Assembly (NCBI GenBank): GCA_951406725.2 | Contig: OX597843.1 | Coordinates: forward strand, 14,446,001-14,510,000 | Length of the DNA stretch: 64,000 nt | Reading direction: 5' to 3' | Source of the DNA: Octopus vulgaris | Taxonomy: Eukaryota | Part shown: one piece after another, positions 54,050 through 64,000 of the stretch | How positions within the stretch are numbered: the first letter of the stretch is position 1 | Layout of the letters: every line of letters begins with the position of its first letter | Program-made: the position numbers and the translations under genes | Notes under the pieces: model-generated | Seen by the model: the letters and a program-made list of their open reading frames with translations, nothing else | The model's database searches: none | Told to the model about the DNA's origin: nothing

Positions 54050-54873
54050 GAGAGGGAGACAGAGAGAGGAAAGCGATAGAAAGGAACTGGTAATGAACGA
54101 GAGCAAGAGAGAGAGAGGGATAGGAAGGTCTAGCTAAATCGAGAGAGAGAGGGGGGAAAGGGAATTGAGAGAGAGAGCAAAAAGAGAATGATAGAAAAGA
54201 GTGAGTAATATAAGAGAGAAGGATTGAGAGAGAGAAAGAGAGAGCAAAGAAGAGAGAGAGAAAAGAAGAGAGAGAGAAAAGAAGAGAGAGAGAGAAAAGA
54301 AGAGAGAGAGAAAAGAAGAGAGAGAGAAAAGAAGAGAGAGAGAAAAGAAAGGAGAGAGAGAGAAAAAAGAAGAGAGAGAAAAAAAGAAGAGAGAGAAAAG
54401 AAGAGAACTAAAAGATGGGAAGGAGAAGATAAGAATGATAAGGTAATTGAAAGGGAGAGAAAAAGAGGATGAGAGAGTGAGTAAGAAATGGGAAGGGTAA
54501 TTGGAAGGCGTTGGGGATGCGAGAGAATAATAGAAAGAAGCAGGGAGAAATAGAGAGAGGGGGAGAATTAAGCGACGGGAAGGGGAGGGTAATACGAAAG
54601 AAGAGGTAAATGAAGCGGTGATAGAAAAAGGTAAAATGAGAGAAGCAGAGAGAGAGAGAGAGAAACCGGGAGAGAAAGACGGAGACGTGAGCGGGAGCAT
54701 AGGAGAAAGGAAAATAGGGAGAGAGAGATAGAAGGAAAGAAGGAGAAAGAGAGAAAGAAAGAAAGAGAGAAATTTGTGAGGAATTGAAAGAGAGAACGTG
54801 AAGAAAAGGTAGATATGTGGGAAGGAGAAATAAGCAAATTAAAGGTGAAGTATGGAGGAATGAGGAGTAGATT

Positions 54874-54906
<33 letters not shown>

Positions 54907-54912
54907 GGAGGG
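54050..54912. repeat. Polypurine GA-rich tract
   Basis: Includes (agagagagaaaagaag)-like tandem units. Confidence 0.9.
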
Positions 54913-55245
54913 AGGGTATCTTTTATCTTTCGATTGTTTCGGTCATTGGACTGCGGCCATGCTGGGGCATTGCCCTGAAGACCTTTTTCTGAACAAATCA
55001 ACCCTAGTATTAATTTCTAAAAAAAACCTGGTACTTATTCTATCGGTCTCGTTTTGCTGAACTGCAAAGTTACAGGGATATAAACAAACCAACACCAGTT
55101 ATCAATCAGAGGTGGGACACAAACACAAAATTGAGAAAGTAACAGAGTGAGAGAGAGAGAGAGAAAGGGGTCTGAGAAATAGGAAGAGTTGGAGAGACAG
55201 AGGGGCTTCTTTCAGTTTCCATGAAAGAAGACCATAGATACATAT

Positions 55246-55612
55246 CATCATCATCATTTAACGTCTGCTTTCCATGCTAGCATGGGTTGAACGATTTGAC
55301 TGAGGACTGGTGAACCAGATGGCTGCACCAGGCTCCAGTCTGATCTGGCAGTGTTTCTACGGCTGGATGCCCTTCCTAATGCCAACCACTCCAAGAGTGT
55401 AGTGGGTGCTTTTACATGCCACAGGCACAGGGGCCAGTCTAGCAGTACTGGCAACAGCCACGCTCAAATGGTGGCTTTTACGTGCCACCTGCACAGGAGT
55501 CAGTCCAGTGGCACTGGCAACGACCTCGCTCAAATGTTTTGTACATGTGCCGCCGGCACAAGTGCCAGTAAGGCGATGCAGGTAACGATCACGCTCAAAT
55601 GGTGCTTTTTAG
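55246..55612 (-). mobile_element. RTE 3'-UTR fragment
   Basis: Same family as 8519; an oppositely oriented copy lies at 56040-56284. Confidence 0.75.
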
Positions 55613-55727
55613 CCAGTTAGCTGTTAATATAACGGGAAGGTTTATGAAAATAAACAAAAGACAAAGGCAGGTAGAGTACAAACAAACAAATGTATTAGTA
55701 TGGCGCTCAGGAATAGAAATAGAACAA

Positions 55728-55767
55728 GTCTTTTACGTTTTGAGCCTACGCTCTTCGACAGAAAGAT
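55728..55767 (-). ncRNA. Degenerate hammerhead motif in a Penelope-like tail
   Basis: Minus strand tcttt-CTGTCGA-a-gagc-gtag-gctc-AAAAC-GTA-aaaga; core positions are mutated. Confidence 0.35.
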
Positions 55768-56513
55768 ACACAGAAAAGAAACAAGGAGAGAAAAAATGCA
55801 TGGCGTCCTGACTTTGGGCAGAGGTCAGACGCTAGAAGGACAGAAGGGGAGATAACAGGGTCAAGTGACTTCCAAAACGAAGGTGTCCCCAACACAAAGG
55901 TGCGTGTCTGTATAAGAGAGTATGTATGTGCGTGTGAAAGAGGGCTGGTGGTCTGGACGTGTGTGTGTGTATGTATGTGTAAGTGTAAAGATGTGGAGAT
56001 GTGTTAATATATATATATATATATATTATATATTATATATGCACGTAAAAAGTACCATCCGTTCGTGGCCGTTTGCCAGCTCCGTCTGGCACCTGTGTGG
56101 GTGGCACGTAAAAAGCACCCACTACACTCATGGAGTGGTTGGCATTAGGAAGGGCATCCAGCCGTAGAAACACTGCCAGATCAGACTGGGCCTGGTGCAG
56201 CCTTCTGGCTTCACAGACCCCAGTTGAACCGTCCAACCCATGCTAGCATGGAAAGCGGACGCTAAATGATGATGATGATGATGATTATATATATATATAT
56301 ATATATATATACATACACACACACACACACATATCCTTTTATTTGTTTCAGTCATTTGACTGCATCCATGCTGGAGCACCGCCTTTAGTCGAGCTACCCC
56401 GGGACCTATTCTTTGTCATCCTTAGTACTTATTCTATCAGTCTCTTTTGCTGAATCACTAAGTTACAGGGACATAAACACACCAGCATATACTAACACAG
56501 ACCACACAAGCAT

Positions 56514-56564
<51 letters not shown>

Positions 56565-56632
56565 CGGTAAGATAACAAAAGAAAGAAAGAGACCTCAATA
56601 TTATGTAAATAGAGGAAATTTATCTGTAAAAT

Positions 56633-56845
56633 AATATGTGACAATTACTCAATAGTCAAGATAAAACTCTGAGTTTTGGATGCCGAGGTGGAAATCCACA
56701 CCACCATCTCTTTGGTTATCTGGCCATCTGAAAAATGCTATGAAAAACAGATGGCCAGATAACCGAAGAGATGGTGGTGTGGATTTCCACCTCGGCATCT
56801 GAAACTCAGAGTTTTATCTTGGCTACCAAATAATTGTCACATATT
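56633..56845. repeat. Palindrome (~98-bp arms, 17-nt loop); each arm carries a hammerhead-like motif
   Basis: Right arm gataa-CCGAAGA-gatg...catc-tGAAACTCAGAGTT-ttatc; lies in the TA tract of a split SINE A. Confidence 0.85.
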
Positions 56846-56848
56846 TCT

Positions 56849-56879
<31 letters not shown>

Positions 56880-57178
56880 ATACGATGGACTTCTTTCAGT
56901 TTCCATCTACCAAATCCACTCGCAAGGCTTTGGTCAGCCCGAGGCTATAGTAGAAGTAGGACTGAACCTGGAACCATGTGACTGGGAAGCCAGCTACTTG
57001 CCACACAGCCACTCCTGCACCTATAAACACATTATATATATGTTGCTTATTTTGATTATAATCACCCCATGGATTTATATGGATAACACCATACAAAATT
57101 CTGGTGCATCTAACTTAAGTACCATATTCATTTGAATCTAAATTTTGCTGAACTTATATATATATATAGAGAGAGAGG

Positions 57179-57277
57179 TTCCTTGTCTTTCCTGAAGAGA
57201 AGACGGCATAATGTACCTTTTATTCCTTCGGAATTAAGAGTATGCAGTCTTCGAAACATGTGTCGAGAGTAAAGGAA
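57179..57277 (+). ncRNA. Type I hammerhead ribozyme, intact core
   Basis: Stem I ctttc/gagag; CTGAAGA at 57192-57198; stem II gaagacggcata/tatgcagtcttc; GAAAC-atgt-GTC, with predicted cleavage after 57264. Confidence 0.75.
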
Positions 57278-58494
57278 TTTTGTTAAAATATTCGTTCGAC
57301 TCCATTCTTTCATTTATTCATATAAAAAAAAACACACAAATTTACACACAAGAACACGGTGTTCCTACAACTTGATATGTAGCTCCAACCGTGTTTTCTG
57401 ACGTGAATTTGCTACCCAGGTATCAGTTAACCGAATTTTCCATACTAGGATAATTCATTCACCTACTTAAATATATATATATATACACACATGCAAATAT
57501 ACGTACATGCATCTATCTCTATATATAGATATATGCACATATAATATACAGGTGCACACACACACACACACACACACGTATATACATATATCTTATATAT
57601 ATATCTTACAAGTCCCAAACCTTCAAGCATTCACTGACACTTACCCAAGTTGTCACACAGTGGGATTGAACCCAGAACCATGTGGTTGGGAAGTAAACTC
57701 CTTGCCACAAAGCCAGCAAGTAAAACAGAGGCAAATTTGAGAGAATAAATTAGAAAGAGCGGAGGGGGGGGAGAAAGGAGGAAAGATGTTGAATGGAAGA
57801 AGGAGGAGGAGGAGGTGGTGGAGTTAAGTAAATTTGAAAGGGGTGGGAGGATTCGGATGGGAAAGGGATAGAGAGAGAATAAGAGAGCGGGTGGGGGTGA
57901 GAGGTGGGAGTGGTGAATATAGCAGAGAGGAGAGGTGAGAGAAAGTGATGTAGATGGGAGGGAGGAAGAGATAGAGAGATAATGAGAAGATTGGGGGGGG
58001 GGGGTGAGGAAGGATGAGGAGAGGTGGTGGAGAGTGGAGTTGTAGGAGGAGGTGAGTGTGTGAAGTAGATGGAAGGGGGGGGGGATTGGATAGAGTAAAA
58101 GACATGAAGAGAGGAAATAGATAAGATAAGAAAGAATGATGAATTAGAGAGAGGGGGGAAGAGTTGGTTAAGAGTATTGGGAGGAGAAATTGAAGGAGAA
58201 ATAGATAAAGAGAAGCATAGAAACTAAAAGAAGAGGGAGTTGAGAAAGCAGAAACTGATAGAATAAGAAAGAGAGAGAGAGAGAGAGATAAAGGGGGGAG
58301 GAATGTAATAGAAGTGTGAGAGGAGGAGTGAAAATGGATAGAGTAAGAGAAGTGTGAGAAGAGGAGTACATCAGGAAGAGGCAGATAGAATAAGACAGAA
58401 AGAGAGGTATGGTATGAGGTAGGGCAACAGAAATGCATTTTATATGGTATCAGAACCCCCGTAAAGGACCAGCTTGTATGGATGGAAAACTGAT

Positions 58495-58700
58495 TTTACT
58501 AAGCTTGGCACATCTTCTCAAGCACCACAAATCACCACGTCTCCCAGTTCCTTTTCATTTCCTCAGTGAGGCCCAGTGTCCGAAGATCCTTTTTCTCTAC
58601 TTCATCCCCTGTCTTCCTGGGTCACCCCTTGCATAGGTTCCCTCCACAGAACTCAGCACATCTTTATGCAGGTATCTTCATCCATACACATTAGCATAAT
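58495..58700 (-). mobile_element. RTE ORF2 C-terminal fragment
   Basis: MDEDTCIKMC...EKDLRTLGLTEEMKRNWETW*FVVLEKMCQA. Confidence 0.7.
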
Positions 58701-59374
58701 TGCCAGCATCCTCCCAGGTGATACTAAGTTGCTTAAGATCTTTCAAAGGTGGCATACCATGTCTTTGTGGAGGCACATGGCCTAGTGGTCAGAGAAGCGG
58801 ACTCGCGGTCGAGGGATCGTGGGTTCGAATCTCAGAGATGTGTATGTTTATGAGCGAAACACCTAAGCTCCACGTGGCTCCAGCAGAAGGTAATGGCGAA
58901 CTTCTGCTGACTCTTTCGCCACAACTTTCTCTCACTCTTTCTTCCTGCATATCTAGCAGCTCACCTGCAACGGACTGGCGTCCCGTCCAGGTGGGGAACC
59001 TATACGCCAATGAAACCAGAAAACCGGCCCTTATGAGCCAGGCATGGCTTGAGAAGGGACAAATAAACAAAAAAAAATACCATGTCTTCCTAGATCTCCC
59101 TCTCACTCTTTGTGCCTCTGGCGGAAACCATTGTGACTCTGTCTTGAGTTCATATCCTTCTGGCAGTTGGAAAAATATGAGCTGCAAGTGTCACAAGTAT
59201 GGAAAAAGAAATAGGTAGATGGATTGATAGGTAGGTATGGCTGTAGCTAGGTAAGTAAACAGACAGGTAGATAAGTAGGTAAAATGTTAGGTAGCTGTCT
59301 ATGTAGCTAGCTGGGTTGACAGGTAGATAAGAACAGAAGACAGGTATCTAGGTACAGTATGTTGGTGATAGATA

Positions 59375-59589
59375 TATAGACAGATGGACAGATAGATAGA
59401 TATATAGATAGATAGATAGATAGACAGATAGAAAGATAGATAGGATGGATAGATGGATAGATAGATAGATAGATATATAGATAGATAGATAGATAGACAG
59501 ATAGAAAGATAGATAGGATGGATAGATGGATAGATAGATAGATAGATAGATAGGTAGACAGATAGAAAGATAGATAGGATGGATAGATG

Positions 59590-59639
<50 letters not shown>

Positions 59640-59702
59640 CAGATAGAAAGATAGATAGAAAGATAGAAAGATAGATGGATAGATAGATGGATAGATAGAT
59701 AG
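59375..59702. repeat. (GATA)n microsatellite
   Basis: Tetranucleotide tract. Confidence 0.95.
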
Positions 59703-59935
59703 GCAGGGCTGAGTTTTATAGTCCTTCAACCCTACCCTGGCCTGCTTGCCTAGCTGGTTGGGGTGACATCATTCAAAAGATAAAACAATGCAAAATGGAT
59801 TGTGATCAATGATCAATAACAACACCTGATATTCTGGTTGATACAATGACATACCCCCTCCCCACCCACCACCCACACATTGTTATTTTGCAGACAACCT
59901 GCAGATGCAAGTGCTACCAGTTGAAAGCTTCACAT

Positions 59936-60350
59936 AGGTGCAGGAGTGGCTGTGTGGTAAGTAGCTTGTTTACCAACCACATGGTTCCGGGTTCAGTCCC
60001 ACTGCGTGGCACCTTGGGCAAGTGTCTTCTGCTATAGCCCCAGGCCGACCAATGCCTTGTGAGTGGATTTAGTAGACGGAAACTGAAAGAAGCCTGTCAT
60101 ATATATGTATATATATATATGTGTGTGTATGTGTTTGTGTGTCTGTGTTGTTCCCCTAGCATTGCTTGACAACCGATGCTGGTGTGTTTATGTCCCCGTT
60201 ACTTAGTGGTTCGGCAAAAGAGACCGATAGAATAAGTACTAGGCTTACAAGGAATAAGTCCTGGGGTCGATTTGGTCGACTAAAGGCGGTGCTCCAGCAT
60301 GGCCGCAGTCAAATGACTGAAACAAGTAAAAGAGTAAAAAGAGTAAAGAG
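59936..60350 (+). mobile_element. tRNA-SINE family A, full length, near consensus
   Basis: Best reference copy in the window. Confidence 0.92.
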
Positions 60351-60382
<32 letters not shown>

Positions 60383-60409
60383 TACATATATATATACACA
60401 CATGCATTT

Positions 60410-61500
60410 TTGGTCATCCCATAAATATGTTTTTTTTTAATACTTTTTTTTTATTTTCAAAATTAAGATAAACAAAGTTCTTTTTCAATCTAAAATACAT
60501 TCTCCTTCATTTTCTACAATGCTCTTCGATCTATCTGGTAGACTTCCAGGGCCTTCTCTTCCAAAATTCACTTGTCCATGATGTCAACTTTTCCTCCCGT
60601 ACTATTCTGACCTCATCTACAGAATTCATATTTTTTTTTCCATCCAATTGATTTTGAAGTCTGCAGAATAAATGATAATCAGATGGGGCAATGTCTGGCG
60701 AATATGGTAGGTGAGGCATTGTTTGCCATTCAAACTGTTCCAGCCTTTGGAATGTCATCCTTGCTGATGGAAGAACGTTTTTGTCTTGAAACCAAAGATG
60801 GTCGTTTTTCTTCTAGTGCTGATTTAAGTCGCTAAAGCCATTCGCAATAGATCTCTTTTGTTATTGTTTAGGTTGGCTATAAAAATTCAAAGTGGGTTAA
60901 ACCTTTCGTATCCCACCAAACAAATAACAACATCTTACGTGGGTAAAGGCCTTCTTTAGCCTGGGGTGCCAGTGTTTCTTCTTTCCCTACCCATGGTCTT
61001 TGGCACTTGACATTTTTATAGAGAACCCATTTCTCGTCAGCAGTCACTATTCAGTCCAAAAAAGGTTCCTTTGTGAGTCGTGACAGCAAAAAAGAGCACA
61101 CATTCACTCTCTGCCCACGATTACACTTGGAAAGTTTGTGAGGAACCCATTGACCTAATTTGTTGACTTTTCCGATGGCATGCAGGTGTTGATGAATGGT
61201 TGAATGACCAAATCCAAGCTTCTCTGCCAGTTCCTCAACAGTTACGATGGGATTTCGTTCAACCAGGGTTTGCAGGACATCCTCGTCGAAGTCTACTGAT
61301 CTTCCGGGACGAGGCTTGTCTTCTAACTCTGAATTTCTGCAACCACCATTGACACTGGCTTAACACTTATTGTCCAATCCCCATACACTGCATTAATATT
61401 CCTTGTATTGTCCATTGTGTTGTTGCCTTTATTGAACTCATAAAGCAAAATATGCCAAATATGGTCCTTTGTCACTTCCATTATAGCTTTGAAAAAAATA
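60410..61500 (-). pseudogene. Decayed mariner (DD34D-type) transposon
   Basis: Start MEVTKDHIWHILLYEF at 61481; WVPHKL, VTADEKWVLY and HLPYSPDIAPSDYHLF motifs; stops and frameshifts; TIR-like ggtcatcccataaata at about 60412. Confidence 0.88.
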
Positions 61501-61811
61501 AATGTTAATATCGAACTGCACTCTTACAAACATGCATGGCTTAGTGGTAAGGGGTACTCGGCCCACGATTGTAAGGTCACGAGTTTGATTCCCAACATCG
61601 AGTTGTGTCCTTGAGCAAGACACTTTATTTCCTGTTGCACCAAGACCATTCAGCTGGCAAAAATGAGTTGTACCAGTAATTCAAAGGGGCCAGCCTTGTC
61701 ACATTCTGTGTCACACTGAATCTCCCTGAGAACTATATTAAGGGTATGCATGTCTGTGGAGTATTCAGCCACTTGCACATCAATTTCCCAAGCAGGCTGT
61801 TTTGTTGATAA

Positions 61812-61910
61812 AAGGAGAAATACTGGCACCCCAGGCTAAAGAAGGCTTTCACCCACGTAAGATGTTGATATTTGTTTGGTGGGATATGAAAGGTTTAACC
61901 CACTTTGAAT
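61812..61910 (+). mobile_element. Inverted internal mariner fragment
   Basis: LAPQAKEGFHPRKMLIFVWWDMKGLTHFE; reverse complement of about 60885-60985. Confidence 0.75.
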
Positions 61911-62839
61911 CAACAGGAGTGTTTATCATTGTAATCGATGGAGTGTCGGTCGTTGTCCCTTAAAACATGATTTATGGAGTAAAAAGCTTGGAATATCACA
62001 AAATTGTTTGGAGCATTGAAAGACAGATCTAATACGACTACCAGGAATCTTTGGTGCCTTTGGTAGAGTTCAGTCTGTTGCAAAATTTGGGGCAAGTCCT
62101 TGGTTTGATGAATCTATCCTCTGTCTTTCTCTTACTAGTTTTGGAGGCCCTGAGAAGGGCCACAGGCACTGTTGTCACCACTGACTACAAGATATGCTTT
62201 AAAATGTGTCATCCTAAATAAGTTTTAGAATACAGGCACATGGCTCAGTGGTTAGAGCATCAGGTTCACAATCATGAGGTAGTGAGTTCAATTCCTGGAC
62301 TGGTCTCTGTGTTGTGTTCTTGAGCAGGACCCTTTATTTCACATTGCTCCAGTTCACTTAGCTGTAGAAATGAGATTCCATGTCACTGATGTGAAGCTGT
62401 ATCGACCCCTTTGCCTCTCCCTTGGATAACATCAGTGGTGTGGAGAGAGGAGACTGCATGGGCAACTGCTGGTCTTCCCTAAGACACCTTGCCTGGACTT
62501 GTGCCTTGGAGGGGAACTTTCTAGGTGCAACCCCATGGGCATTTACAGAAACAGGGACTTTACAAAATACCTTTCAATTTTAAAAGACAGGTTTACAGCC
62601 AAAATGTTAGCCAAAATACTTTTTAAGCTATAGGGGCCTTAAAAAATATCCCTAAATCTTAAATGATGGGTTTTTACAATTCAATTGCTATATCCTAAAA
62701 TCTTTTTAGAAGACAAAACCAGGCATCTTACAAAATAACCCTAAATTTTAAAATGACATGATTACAACCAAAATGTTGTTACCCTAAAATTTCTTCAGGG
62801 ACAAAATAGGGACCTTATAAAATAGCCCTATATCTTAAA

Positions 62840-63198
62840 CTAGCACTATGACCCGGCGTTGCTAGTGCTAGTGCATGCATATACAGCTGCGTGTGTGCGC
62901 ACATACACACGAGTACTGTCCAAATCTCTGACCAATCACATACAGCTAGCTGGCCATTCAATTGGCGTATCAAGTTTCAGGCATTTTGATTGGGTTTTGG
63001 ATAGAAAATTCACAAAAAAGTCACTTCTATTGATTTTTTAATGGCTTTGCAGGGTGACTGGGGAAATGTAAAGATGTGCATGACCACCCTTGGACGGTTT
63101 TGAATGACCATAGAAAGTGCGAGCCCTCTAACTGAAAAATTGTGGATTTCTATAAAGGACACACACACAGACATTTTGCCGTTTATATATAGAGAGAT
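62840..63198 (-). mobile_element. Non-autonomous Helitron, same family as 44836
   Basis: Reverse complement of the 44836 element with one hairpin arm partly deleted. Confidence 0.85.
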
Positions 63199-63519
63199 GA
63201 TGAGTTTACAACTAAAGTGTTGCCACGGTAATCATATTTTAGGGGATAGAAACAGGGAGTTCACAAGACACCTCAAAATTTTTAAAAGATGGGTTTACAA
63301 TCAAAGTGTTGTTACCCTAAAGAGAAAGAGGGACCAGGTGAAAAGAGCTAATGAACAAAGTAATTAACTACCCTAGGAAAGGAAAATATTGGAGAGGGAC
63401 AAATTTTAAAGGTAAAGAGGAGAAATCCAAGGAAGAACTTTTGAAGTCAGTCTGGGGTGGGGAAGAGATATATATAGGGTATATATATATATTGTTGTCA
63501 TCATCATAGTCACTCTAAG

Positions 63520-63755
63520 AAAGGGTACATCAGATAATGTAGTCCTAGATACACTATGCTAGAATGAAAGGCAGGATGGTCACAGCCGGAACATCTTTGA
63601 TCATTGGTCTGCTGAGTCAGGACTGACCTAGGGCTACACAACAACAATGAAGAGCACATTAGATAATGTAGTCTGAGATACACAATGTCTGAATAAAAGA
63701 CTGGATAGTCACAGCTGGAACCTCTTTGATCATTGGTCTGCGGGATCAGGACCCT
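63520..63755 (+). repeat. Two units of the 132-bp retroposon-end repeat
   Basis: gataatgtagtc..agatacac...ggtcacagc.ggaac..ctttgatcattggtctg present twice. Confidence 0.8.
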
Positions 63756-64000
63756 TGACGCCATGTAAAACTGTATCTCCTCACAAGGGGCTCACTAGCA
63801 CCTCCCACCCACCCAACCTTCACCTTCCAAAGTGGTAGGAGGAAGCTGGAACTCACACCCATCCCCCCACCCCACCCCACCAGTCATTAGATGTCACCAT
63901 TCCTCCATCTTCCACCGTTGCTGTTTTAGGTCAGGTGTCAGCAGTCTCTACCAGTGTGGGAAGACTCGTAAAAGCTACGGGTTGTGACTCTCTTTCCGGG

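Noticed and set aside
59936-60005. tRNA genes at SINE heads
   Set aside because: A/B-box-like heads run into SINE bodies and do not form full cloverleaves.

Overview
This is eukaryotic, repeat-saturated DNA. The SINE, LINE and microsatellite repertoire looks like an octopod cephalopod (Octopus-like); this is inferred from sequence style, not from a search. I found no intact protein-coding ORF. Nearly all long ORFs in the track are microsatellite translations, and the few protein-like ones are decayed transposon fragments (CR1-type, RTE, R4/Dong, Vingi-like, mariner). The window reads best as a very large intron of a minus-strand gene: a CpG-rich promoter/first-exon candidate lies at about 53.8-54.0 kb, at the end of a five-unit exon-like tandem array, and a 42-nt candidate internal exon lies at 173-214. 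Highlights: (1) several short non-coding inserts in (TA)n tracts that carry type I hammerhead ribozyme cores and inverted duplications (Penelope-like derivatives); (2) a CR1-type LINE 3' end that shares a covarying stem-loop with the tail of the dominant tRNA-SINE; (3) Helitron insertions with their empty sites visible; (4) tandem arrays built from retroposon 3' ends. Most repeat boundaries are approximate and were read by eye; only representative SINE copies are listed.
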